NCBI GenBank assembly: GCA_963814585.1
Contig: CAWFDF010000004.1
Span: 448,001 to 512,000, forward strand
DNA length: 64,000 bases
Direction: 5' to 3'
Origin: an uncultured delta proteobacterium
Lineage (GTDB): Bacteria > Myxococcota > Myxococcia > Myxococcales > Anaeromyxobacteraceae
Shown here: positions 20,912 to 30,416 of the stretch, one piece after another
Position numbering within the stretch: the stretch's first letter is position 1
Layout: every line of letters starts with the position of its first letter
The notes under the pieces: generated by a model
Seen by the model: only the letters and a program-made list of their open reading frames with translations
Databases searched by the model: none
What the model was told of the DNA's origin: nothing
Program-made: the position numbers and the translations under genes

Positions 20912-22177
20912 ATGGCGGAGGGCGCGGCGGGGACGGTGCCATCCGGAGCCGAGGCGAGCGGCGCCGGGCCACCGCCGCTGGCCGGGCTCCGGGTGCTCGA
21001 CCTCTCGCGGCTCCTCCCCGGCCCGTACGCCTCGCTGGTGCTCGCCGACCTGGGCGCCGACGTCGTCAAGGTCGAGGAGCGGGGCGGTGGCGACTACCTG
21101 CGCTGGATGCCGCCGCTGGCCGGCGAGCAGTCGGGCGCCTTCCACGCCCTCAACCGCAACAAGCGGAGCCTGGCGCTCGACCTCAAGGCGCCTGGGGGCG
21201 CCGAGGTGCTCAAGCGGCTGGCGTCCCGGGCCGACGTGGTGCTGGAGTCGTTCCGCCCCGGCGTGCTCGACCGCCTCGGCGTCGGCTGGGCGGCGCTGCG
21301 CGAGGTCAACCCCCGGCTGGTGCTCTGCTCCATCAGCGGCTACGGGCAGGACGGGCCCTACCGGGCGCTGGCCGGCCACGACCTCGACTACTGCGCCATC
21401 GCCGGCGTGCTGGGCGTCAACGGCCCGGCGGCGGGGCCGATGCCGCTGGGCGTGCAGGTGGCCGACCTGTGCGGCGGCGCCTGGCCGGCGGTGGCCGGCA
21501 TCCTGGCCGCCCTGCTGCGCCGGGGCGTGACCGGAGTCGGCGCGCACGTCGACATCGCCATGGCCGACGGCACCGCCGCCATGCTGGCCATGCCCCAGGC
21601 CATGGCCGACAGCCGCGGCACGCCGCTGGCGCGGGAGCGCGAGCTGCTCAACGGCGGCGCCGCCTGCTACCGGGTCTACGCCACCCGCGACGGCCGCCAC
21701 GTGGCGCTGGGAGCGCTGGAGCCCCAGTTCTTCGCCCGCTTCTGCCAGGCCGCCGGCGTCCCGGAGCTGGCCGACCGGCAGTACGACGACCACGGCCGCG
21801 GGCCGGTCGAGGAGCTGGCCGCCCTCTTCGCCACGCGGACCCGAGACGAGTGGGCCAGGCTCGGCCACGAGCAGGACTGCTGCCTGGCGCCGGTGCTGAC
21901 CGGCGACGAGCCCAGGTCCGACCCGCAGCTGCGGGCGCGCGGGATCTTCCTCGAGGTGCCGACCCCGTGGGAGGGCCGGCCCATGCCGTCGCTGGCCACC
22001 CCGGTGCGGCTGGCGGGGGTCCGGGCGCCGCTCCGGCCGGCCCCGCAGCTCGGCGCCGACACCGACGACGCGCTGCGTGAGGCCGGGTTCTCGGCGGCGG
22101 AGGTGTCGTCGCTGCGTGGCAGCGGAGTGGTGGGCGCCCCGCAGGAGGCGTTCACGCCGCGGAACAGGCTGGGCTAG
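20912..22177 (+). CDS. CaiB/BaiF family III CoA-transferase
   Basis: PLAGLRVLDLSRLLPGPY, LGADVVKVE, NRNKRSLALDLK, ESFRPGV, GHDLDY. Confidence 0.93.
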   Translation: MAEGAAGTVPSGAEASGAGPPPLAGLRVLDLSRLLPGPYASLVLADLGADVVKVEERGGGDYLRWMPPLAGEQSGAFHALNRNKRSLALDLKAPGGAEVLKRLASRADVVLESFRPGVLDRLGVGWAALREVNPRLVLCSISGYGQDGPYRALAGHDLDYCAIAGVLGVNGPAAGPMPLGVQVADLCGGAWPAVAGILAALLRRGVTGVGAHVDIAMADGTAAMLAMPQAMADSRGTPLARERELLNGGAACYRVYATRDGRHVALGALEPQFFARFCQAAGVPELADRQYDDHGRGPVEELAALFATRTRDEWARLGHEQDCCLAPVLTGDEPRSDPQLRARGIFLEVPTPWEGRPMPSLATPVRLAGVRAPLRPAPQLGADTDDALREAGFSAAEVSSLRGSGVVGAPQEAFTPRNRLG

Positions 22178-22234
22178 ACTGAGGGGGCCCCGCTTCCTGG
22201 CCGCCGTCCCCGCCGTGCCGCACCTGGAGGTTCC

Positions 22235-22969
22235 GTGACCGTTCCGAGCAAGCTGCTCCGCGCCGCCCTGCTGCTGACCCTCCTGCCCGGCCTCGCCGTG
22301 GCCGAGCCGACCAAGGAGGGGAAGGCCAAGAAGCCCCGGCTCGCCATCCTCGACTTCCCCGCCACGCACGGCGCCTACGCCCACTGCTCCGGGTGGGGCA
22401 ACAACGCCGCCGCCATGTCCGACTCCCTGCGCGAGCTCTTCACCACCGAGATCATGGAGAAGGCCCACGGCAAGCTCCGGCTGGTGGAGCGGGCCCGGCT
22501 GCAGGAGATCCGGTCCGAGCTGGCCTTCCAGCAGTCGGAGGAGGTCGACCCCGCGTCGGTCCAGAAGGTGGGCAAGCTGCTCGGGGCCAAGTACGTGCTC
22601 ACCGGCAAGATCACCCGCTTCGCCTGCAAGGTCAGCGAGGCCAGCACCGGCTGGGGCGTGGGCGCCCTGGTCGGCAAGGTGACCGGCAGCGGCCTGGCCG
22701 GCTCGGTGGCGGGCAGCGTCGACGTGAAGAACGTCAACTTCACCGGCCGACTCGACGCCCGGCTCATCGAGGTGGAGACCGGCGAGATCCTGGTGGTCTT
22801 CAAGGACGAGAACGAGACCGGCAACACCTCGGCCAAGGTGGCCGGGGGCGGCGGCGGCGTCCAGTACGACGACGAGCTGGCCAGCAAGGTCTTCGAGCCC
22901 ATGGTGGTCAAGATGTCGGCCAAGATCGTCAAGAAGACCGTGGCGGTCAGCGAGGACGAGGACGACTAG
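22235..22969 (+). CDS. CsgG/HfaB-family exported protein
   Basis: Signal peptide; RLAILDF, LVERARLQEIRSEL, GKLLGAKYVLTGKIT, DARLIEVETGEI. Confidence 0.8.
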   Translation: MTVPSKLLRAALLLTLLPGLAVAEPTKEGKAKKPRLAILDFPATHGAYAHCSGWGNNAAAMSDSLRELFTTEIMEKAHGKLRLVERARLQEIRSELAFQQSEEVDPASVQKVGKLLGAKYVLTGKITRFACKVSEASTGWGVGALVGKVTGSGLAGSVAGSVDVKNVNFTGRLDARLIEVETGEILVVFKDENETGNTSAKVAGGGGGVQYDDELASKVFEPMVVKMSAKIVKKTVAVSEDEDD

Positions 22970-23960
22970 TGCTCGCCCTCCTGATCGCCGCGGCGCTGGC
23001 CGCGCCCACGCCGGCGCCCTCGTTGCCGCAGCTCAAGATCGCCACGCTGCAGCTCGAGGCGGCCGGCGTCCCGGAGGGGATGGCGGCGTCGGCCACGGTG
23101 CTGGTGCCGACCGAGGTGCGGCTGGCCCGGCCCGACGCGCAGCTGATCTCGTCGGAGGACGTCCGCTCGCTGCTCTCGCACCAGAAGAACCGGCTGGTGC
23201 TCGGCTGTGGCGCCGACGCGGCCTGCCTCGCCGACCTCGGCGGCGCGCTCGGCGTCGACGAGATCGTGGCCGGGCGGCTGGGCCGGTTGGGGGAGACCTG
23301 GGTGCTGGAGCTGCGCCGCCTGGACGTGAAGCAGGCGCGCAACCTGGCCTCGGCCACCCGGGCCGTGACCAGCGCCGATGCGCTGGTCGGGGCGGTCCGC
23401 TCGGCGGCGTGGGAGCTCTATGCCGGACCGGGGGTGGGCCGACGGCCGTCGGGGCCACCGGTGGTGCTGGCGGCGCCGGCGGCGTGGTCGCTGGCGGCGG
23501 CGTGGCCGCAGGCGCTGGAGGTGGCGGTGGGAGTGGTCCGGGGAGTCCCCCGGCCGACCCGGTCCTGGCCCGGGTCCGCCTCCCCGACGACCCCTCGCTT
23601 CCCGGCCCGAGCCTGGTCGAGGGCGACCTGGACATCGTGCCGCTCGACTACAAGGGGACGCGCCACCGGGCCGTCTACGAGCTGGTGAAGCAGGTGATCG
23701 CCGGGGGCGGCTTCCCGATCGAGCGGGAGCGGCTCTCCGACGACGCCGCGCTCTCGCTGCGGACGGAGTGGACCTCCATCGAGCAGGGCCGGCGGATCCG
23801 CTTCCGGGTCCGGGTCGACGGGCGGGTGGCGCTGGAGCTCGACCGGGAGCGCTGCGACGGGACCGGCTGCCGCGACACCGACAGCCTCTCGCGCGGCGAG
23901 CGGCAGCTGGTCGCCGACGTCTACGCGGTCACCCGGGGCCAGCTCACCCAGGTGCGCTAG
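22969..23960 (+). CDS. Exported hypothetical protein; probable frameshift near 23430
   Basis: Signal peptide and CGADAACLADLGGALGVDEIVAG in one frame; Gly-rich linker and C-terminal domain in ORF 23409..23960; the switch is near a G run. Confidence 0.55.
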
Positions 23961-23967
23961 GGCCTCT

Positions 23968-24390
<423 letters not shown>

Positions 24391-24505
24391 GGCGCCTCCC
24401 GCGGTGGCATCATAGGGCCTGCCGAGGAGGCGCGCGCCTCGTGCCCCGCCCCAGCAAGATGCCTCCTGCGCGCGGGGCAGCCACGGGAGCCGCGGTGAGC
24501 CAGGG

Positions 24506-25597
24506 CTACGAGGTCGCGCCTGGCGGCGAGGCGACCGCGCTCGTGGCGACCGCGCTCGAGGCGACCGGGCCGGGTCGGCTGCGGACCCGCCGGCCGAGCA
24601 GCAGGAGGGCCGGCCACGGACGGTCTCCGACGGCCTTCTCGAGCGCCATGGGCAGCGCGATGCCGGCCACCACGCCGGCCAGCGCCAGCGCGCCAAGGCT
24701 GGTCACGCCGGCTCGTCCCAGCAGGACGCGCGAGCCCGCCGTCCCGAAGATGTGCATCAGGTAGATCCCGTAGGAGCAGGTCCCGACGGCCGCCAGCGGC
24801 GCCCAGGCGACCCGGTAGGTGAGCAGTGCGACCACCGTGGCCGTCCCGACCAGGGAGGACCCGACATGGGACCACGGGCCGCCGAGACGCCACCACCCGA
24901 ACCAGCCGCCCTGGTGGAGGAGCAGGCCCACGGCGCCCAGGCCGAGCCAGGCCAGCGCCAGGGGCCAGCCGCCTGGCACGCCGAAGCGGCGCACGCCGAG
25001 GCCGAGCAAGAAGTAGGGCAGCAGGAACGTCGCGTCCCCGATCCCCAGCAGGTCCGTGGAGGCCAGCCCCGACGCCCACAGCGCGAAGGAGGACGCCACC
25101 GCGAGCCCCCACCCGCCCACCCCGTCGAGGAGCCCGAGCGCGTCGAGCGATCCGACCAGCGCGAAGACCCACGCCAGGGCGTAGAGGAACCAGAAGTGGG
25201 CGTACGGGAAGATCAGGAGCGTGGGCAAGGCCCCCAGCGCCGGCCTGGTCCTGACGCCCGGGGCGATCGACTGGACCAGGATGAAGGCCCCCCCGACCAC
25301 CAGGAACGGGACGAAGAGCCGCCTCAGCTTGCCTCGCATGAAGGTGGCCCATCGGCCCGCGGCGACCGGGCGGAAGGCGTAGACGAAGCCCGCGATGGCG
25401 GTGAAGAGCGGCAGGCGCATGGGCGTCAGCGAGAAGTAGGCGTAGCGCCAGCCCGAGTCGTCCGGCACCCGCAGGCCATGCGACGCGTCGTTGCCGATGA
25501 CGTGGCCGGCCACCATGAGCAGGACGGCCAGCCCGCGCAGCGTCTCCACGCCGGCGTCCTTGCTCGCGCACGTCTCGATGCGCTGCGTGACTGACAT
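24506..25597 (-). CDS. Acyltransferase_3 family membrane O-acyltransferase
   Basis: [51 protein letters not shown]. Confidence 0.85.
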   Translation of the reverse strand: MSVTQRIETCASKDAGVETLRGLAVLLMVAGHVIGNDASHGLRVPDDSGWRYAYFSLTPMRLPLFTAIAGFVYAFRPVAAGRWATFMRGKLRRLFVPFLVVGGAFILVQSIAPGVRTRPALGALPTLLIFPYAHFWFLYALAWVFALVGSLDALGLLDGVGGWGLAVASSFALWASGLASTDLLGIGDATFLLPYFLLGLGVRRFGVPGGWPLALAWLGLGAVGLLLHQGGWFGWWRLGGPWSHVGSSLVGTATVVALLTYRVAWAPLAAVGTCSYGIYLMHIFGTAGSRVLLGRAGVTSLGALALAGVVAGIALPMALEKAVGDRPWPALLLLGRRVRSRPGPVASSAVATSAVASPPGATS

Positions 25598-26014
25598 TCG
25601 ACCCACGATCCTGGTCCGACGTGTTGCGCGCCAGCTTGCGGAGCGACGCTCGTCCCACCCTCGGGTGACCCGGTGCGCCGCGCGCCCTCCGGGTCCACCT
25701 CCCGCATCGACTCCGAGCCGTACTCCTCGAGTACCATCCACTCCCGGTCACCGTCCACGATCCGCACCACGGCTTTCCGGGGCTGGATCCGCCCCGGACC
25801 TCGAGACGGCACGATGTCACGGGCGCGCGGCCGAGGATGTCGCCTGATCCCCAGACACCATCCGGCTGGCGAGGTGGGAGGCGCCCTGCTGGTGTCGGTC
25901 CAGGTGCGAGGTGTCGGCGTGCGCCGGCCGGGCCGCCCGGAGCGAAGCGGGCGCCCGGCGCCCCCGATCCGGTATCGTGGAGCCGGGATCTCGACTCCCC
26001 CGGGAGCACCCTGC

Positions 26015-27091
26015 ATGATCCGCCGGACCTCCTTCGCCGTGACCGCGCTCGCGCTCGCCTCGCTGGCGTCCTGCGACCCCTTCAACACCGGGTTCGAGGA
26101 CACCGAGCGGGCCGTCCTCTACCGGGCCAGCCGGCCCGGTCCCGAGGGCGCGCCGGCCGGCCCCATCCGGGTGGTCACCTGGAACGTGAAGTACGGCGGC
26201 GCGCGGCTGCGCTTCTTCTGGGAGTGCCGCGGCACGCGGGTGCTCATGACCGAGGCGGAGGTGACCGGCAACGTGGCCGCGCTGGCCCAGTACCTGAGGG
26301 CCGCGAGCCCGGACCTGGTCCTGCTCCAGGAGGTGGACACCGCCGGCTCCAAGCGGGCCGCCTACCTGGACCAGGTGCAGCTCCTCCTCGACGGCAGCGG
26401 CCTCAACTACGCGGCCTATGCCTCGCAGTGGAAGGCCGACTACGTCCCGTCGGACGGCCAGGGGCCCATCGACTCCGGCAATGCCGTCCTCTCGCGCTGG
26501 CCCATCACGTCGGCCACCCGCCACGCGCTGCCGCTCCAGACCGACATCTCCTCGCTGGAGCGCTACTTCTACTTGAAGCGGAACCTGCTGGAGGTGCACC
26601 TGGCCGTCCCCGGGGTCGGCGAGGTGGCGGTGGTGGACGTGCACGCCGAGGCCTTCTCGCAGGACGGCACCAAGAAGAGGCACCTCGAGCTCTTCAAGGC
26701 GCTCCTCGACGACCTGTCCGCCCGGGGCCTGCCGGTGCTGGGCGGCGGCGATCTCAACTCGATCCCGCCCACCTCGCCGGTCCGCGCGGCCTTCCCCGAG
26801 GATGCCGCCTGCACCGACGGCCGCTTCGACCCGGACAGCTACCTGGGGGAGGAGACCTGGCTCGACCCGCTCTACGCCGCCTACCTGCCCGACGTCACCC
26901 CGGCCGACTTCGGGGCCGATCCGGGCCCCTGGTACACCTTCGTCGGCGACGAGGCCTACCCGCTCAACCGCAAGCTCGACCACCTCTTCACCAACCGCGC
27001 CTGGGCGCCAGGCAGCGTGCAGGTGCTGCAGGACGCCCTGATGCTCTCCGACCACGTCCCGGTGGTGGCCGGGTGGGAGCCGGGGCCGTGA
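26015..27091 (+). CDS. Endonuclease/exonuclease/phosphatase-family lipoprotein
   Basis: Lipobox LASC; VTWNV, LLQEVD, GNAVLSRWPI, GGDLN, LDHLF, SDHVPV. Confidence 0.88.
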   Translation: MIRRTSFAVTALALASLASCDPFNTGFEDTERAVLYRASRPGPEGAPAGPIRVVTWNVKYGGARLRFFWECRGTRVLMTEAEVTGNVAALAQYLRAASPDLVLLQEVDTAGSKRAAYLDQVQLLLDGSGLNYAAYASQWKADYVPSDGQGPIDSGNAVLSRWPITSATRHALPLQTDISSLERYFYLKRNLLEVHLAVPGVGEVAVVDVHAEAFSQDGTKKRHLELFKALLDDLSARGLPVLGGGDLNSIPPTSPVRAAFPEDAACTDGRFDPDSYLGEETWLDPLYAAYLPDVTPADFGADPGPWYTFVGDEAYPLNRKLDHLFTNRAWAPGSVQVLQDALMLSDHVPVVAGWEPGP

Positions 27092-27903
27092 GGGCCGCTC
27101 GCCTCGCCGCCGCGCTGCTGCTGGCGCTCCTCCCGGCCGCGCCACGGGCCGCGGCGGACGGCGACCTCACCCCGGCGCTCTTCGCCCCGGACTCGGCGAG
27201 GCTGGTGCCGCCCGGACGCATGGAGCTGGGTGTCTTCGCCCCGCTCCGCTGGGGCCTGGCCGAGCGGCTGGAGGTCTCCTTCCACCCGCTCTGGATGTTC
27301 GTGGCCCCCGGCGTCGCCCTGCGCGTGGGGTGGGGCCGGGCCGCCGGCCTGGAGTGGGCCAGCGACCATTCCCTCGGCTACCCGACGCCGCTCATGCGCC
27401 TGCTCGCCAGGGAAGGGACCGGCGGCATCGTCCCGTCCGACGTCACCTATCCGCACATCGTCTCCTTCGCCAACCACCTGCTGGTGACCCGCGAGCTTCC
27501 CGGCGGCCACCTCCTGTCGGCGCGGGCCGGCGGCCAGCTGGCGCGGAACCTGACCGCCTTCGACGGGCCGGAGACCTGGAGCCAGGTGGAGTGGCACTAC
27601 GCCTGGCCGCGGATGGCGGCCTGGTTCACCGGCTGGAGCGTCGACGCCGGGCTGGCCGCCCAGGGGCCGGTGGCCGGCCCCTTCGGCTACCGGGTCACGC
27701 TGGACGGGTTCTACTTCACGGGCCTGAAGGGCGACCGCGCCGTGGAGTGGAGCGCCGTGGCCTCCTGGCGGCCGCGGCCCGGCCTCGAGCTGCACGCCGG
27801 CGCCACCTGGTCGTGGGCCAGGTTCCCCTACGGCGCGCGCCTCTCGGTACCGCTCCCGCTGTTCGACGCGGTCTGGGCGTTCGACCAGCCGGTCGGCCGC
27901 TGA
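27088..27903 (+). CDS. Exported hypothetical protein, possibly an outer-membrane beta-barrel
   Basis: GTGA overlap with the upstream gene; signal peptide; aromatic-rich amphipathic strands. Confidence 0.6.
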   Translation: MRAARLAAALLLALLPAAPRAAADGDLTPALFAPDSARLVPPGRMELGVFAPLRWGLAERLEVSFHPLWMFVAPGVALRVGWGRAAGLEWASDHSLGYPTPLMRLLAREGTGGIVPSDVTYPHIVSFANHLLVTRELPGGHLLSARAGGQLARNLTAFDGPETWSQVEWHYAWPRMAAWFTGWSVDAGLAAQGPVAGPFGYRVTLDGFYFTGLKGDRAVEWSAVASWRPRPGLELHAGATWSWARFPYGARLSVPLPLFDAVWAFDQPVGR

Positions 27904-28149
27904 ACCCGCGGCCCCCTCCACCTCCCTCGGGCCGGTCCTCGCGGGTTGGCCCGCAGGGAGAACGCGGCGCGCTGGCGCAGCCCCATGGAAGCGCGCCCAC
28001 GCCGATTGACGACCCGCGGGCCGGGGCACACGCTTCCTCTGCCGGGGCCTCCCGCCGGTGGCGAGTGCCACCGGGAGATGGAGGCCCCGGGGACCAGGGG
28101 CGTCGTGGCGGCCTCGGACCGGCCCACGCCCCGCTGCGAGGAGGACGTC

Positions 28150-28650
28150 ATGGCCACCGTTGAGAAGCGTGAATCGAAGCCGGCGACGGCGCAGGGCACC
28201 ATGGTGCCGATCACCCGCCAGCTGGAGTGGATGCCGTCACGGCTGATGGAGCGGCTCGACCGGCTCATGGGCGACTGGGACCCCCTCTGGCCGTCGCTCC
28301 GGCTGCCGCACGAGGTGTCGTTCAAGACGCCGGCGGTCGACGTCTTCGAGGACCAGGACGACATCGTGATCGAGACCGAGCTGCCCGGGATGAAGAAGGA
28401 GGAGCTCGACGTCCAGCTGACCGGGGACCTGCTCACCATCTCGGGCAAGCACGAGAGCGAGAGGAAGATCGAGCGGAAGAGCTACTTCCGCGTCGAGCGC
28501 TCGGCCTCCGCGGTGAGCCGCTCCGTCCGGTTGCCGGTGGAGGTCCAGGCCGACAAGATGACGGCCACGCTCAAGGACGGGGTCCTGGAGGTCCGCGCCC
28601 CCAAGAGCGCGGCCGCCAAGGCCAGCACCCGGAGCGTCCCCGTCACCTGA
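28150..28650 (+). CDS. Hsp20/alpha-crystallin small heat-shock protein
   Basis: PAVDVFE, ELPGMKKEE, LTISG, RSVRLP, LKDGVLEVRAPK. Confidence 0.93.
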   Translation: MATVEKRESKPATAQGTMVPITRQLEWMPSRLMERLDRLMGDWDPLWPSLRLPHEVSFKTPAVDVFEDQDDIVIETELPGMKKEELDVQLTGDLLTISGKHESERKIERKSYFRVERSASAVSRSVRLPVEVQADKMTATLKDGVLEVRAPKSAAAKASTRSVPVT

Positions 28651-28663
28651 GCGTGCTCGAGCT

Positions 28664-30409
28664 TCAGCGGCTGGCGGCCCGCCGGTGGTGCGCCGCCCGC
28701 CGCACCAGCCGCCGCCTCAGCTCGGCGAGCGGCAGCGTGTTCAGGACGTCCCCGGCCTCGAGCCAGCCGCGCCGGGCCACCCAGACCCCGTAGCGCAGGT
28801 TGGCGAGCTGGGCCGCGTGGTGGGCGTCGGAGGAGATCACCACCGGGACGCCGGCCTGCCTGGCCATGCGGCAGCCGACGTCGGTGAGGTCCAGCCGCTC
28901 GGGCATGGCGTTCACCTCGAGCGCCACGCCCTCCTGCCTGGCCACCTCCAGCAGTCGCCGCAGGTCGAGGGCCGCGGGCTCGCGCCCACCGATCTGCCGC
29001 CCGCTGGGGTGGCCGAGCACGTGCACCGCGCCGGAGCGGAGCGCCCGCACCACCCGCTCGGTGGTCCGGTCCTCCGGGTCGTGGAAGCGGGAGTGGATGG
29101 CGGCGACCACCAGGTCGAGCCCGGCCAGCGCCTCGGTGGGGAGATCGAGCTCGCCGGAGGGCAGGATGTCCACCTCGACCCCGGCCAGCAGGTGCGGCCG
29201 TCCGCCCAGGCGGGCGTCGAGGGCATGCACCGCCGCCGCCACCTCGGCGACCTGGACGGCGTCGAGGCCGCGGGGCCTGGCCCTGGAGTGGTCGGTGATG
29301 GCCAGGTAGCGGCGCCCCAGCGCCCGGCCGGCGTCGGCGAGCTCCTGCAGGTCGGAGCGACCGTCGGCCGAGGCGGTGGAGTGGACGTGCAGGTCGCCCA
29401 GCACGTCCTCCTCCTCGACCAGGCGCGGCAGGCGGCCCCGCTCGGCGGCCTCGATCTCGCCCGCCGCCTCGCGCAGCTCCGGTGGGATCCAGGGCAGGCC
29501 GAGGGCGCGGAAGACCTCCTCCTCCGTGGCCCCGCCCAGCCGCCGATCGTGCCGATCGAAGAGGCCATACTCGGAGAGCCTCAACCCCATCCGGACGGCC
29601 CGCGCCCGCAGCGCCACGTTGTGGGCCTTCGAGCCGGTGAAGTGGTTGAGGGCCGAGCCGAAGGACTCGGGGGGCAGCACGCGCAGGTCGGAGCGGATCC
29701 CGCCGCGGAGCCGAACCGCGGCCATGGTGGTGCCCTGCTCGATCACCTCGGCCACCTCGGGGAGGCCGGTGAAGGCGTGCACCGCCGCGGCCGCGTCCAG
29801 CGAGGCGACCACCAGGTCGATGTCCCCGACGGTCTCCTTGCGCCGTCGCAGGCTGCCCGCCGCCTCGGCGCAGGTCACCCCGGGGACGAGCCGGAGCCGG
29901 GCCAGCATGGCCTCGGCGTACTCGAGCGCGCGGTGGAGCGGCATCCGGTCCCCGCGCGCCCGCTGGCGCTCGATGGCGGCCAGCAGGCCCCTGGCCCGCG
30001 CCGGGCCCAGGTGCGGCAGCTCGAGGACCCGCCCGTCGTGGCAGGCCTCCTCCAGTGCCCCCACGTCCTCGATCCCCAGCAGCTTCCAGGCCGCCGCGGC
30101 CGTCCTCGGTCCCACGCCGTCGAGGCGGAGCATCTCCAGGACCCCGTGCGGCACCATGGCCGCGAGGCGCCGGTGCTCCCGGCAGTCGCCGGTGTCCAGC
30201 AGCTCGGCGATCTTGCCTGCGATCCCGGCGCCGATGCCGGGGAGCTCGGTGAGCTTCCCGTCCCGCCGCAGCGCGGACAGGGGGACCGGGTGGACGTCGG
30301 CGACCTGCGCCGCCCGGCGGTAGGCGCGGACCTTGAACGGGTTCTCGCCGGTCAGCTCGAGGAGATTGGCCAGCTCGGAGAGGACCCTGGCGATGTCGGC
30401 GTTCTCCAC
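28664..30409 (-). CDS. polX: DNA polymerase X with PHP domain
   Basis: ENPFKVRAY, AGSLRR, GDIDLV, HFTGSKAHN; PHP motifs DLHVHS, ITDHS, SSDAH. Confidence 0.93.
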   Translation of the reverse strand: MENADIARVLSELANLLELTGENPFKVRAYRRAAQVADVHPVPLSALRRDGKLTELPGIGAGIAGKIAELLDTGDCREHRRLAAMVPHGVLEMLRLDGVGPRTAAAAWKLLGIEDVGALEEACHDGRVLELPHLGPARARGLLAAIERQRARGDRMPLHRALEYAEAMLARLRLVPGVTCAEAAGSLRRRKETVGDIDLVVASLDAAAAVHAFTGLPEVAEVIEQGTTMAAVRLRGGIRSDLRVLPPESFGSALNHFTGSKAHNVALRARAVRMGLRLSEYGLFDRHDRRLGGATEEEVFRALGLPWIPPELREAAGEIEAAERGRLPRLVEEEDVLGDLHVHSTASADGRSDLQELADAGRALGRRYLAITDHSRARPRGLDAVQVAEVAAAVHALDARLGGRPHLLAGVEVDILPSGELDLPTEALAGLDLVVAAIHSRFHDPEDRTTERVVRALRSGAVHVLGHPSGRQIGGREPAALDLRRLLEVARQEGVALEVNAMPERLDLTDVGCRMARQAGVPVVISSDAHHAAQLANLRYGVWVARRGWLEAGDVLNTLPLAELRRRLVRRAAHHRRAASR

Positions 30410-30416
30410 GGCGCGC

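Noticed and set aside
28050..28080. CIRCE element upstream of hsp20
   Set aside because: Only a GAGTGCCA half resembles the consensus; the TTAGCACTC-N9 left arm is missing.
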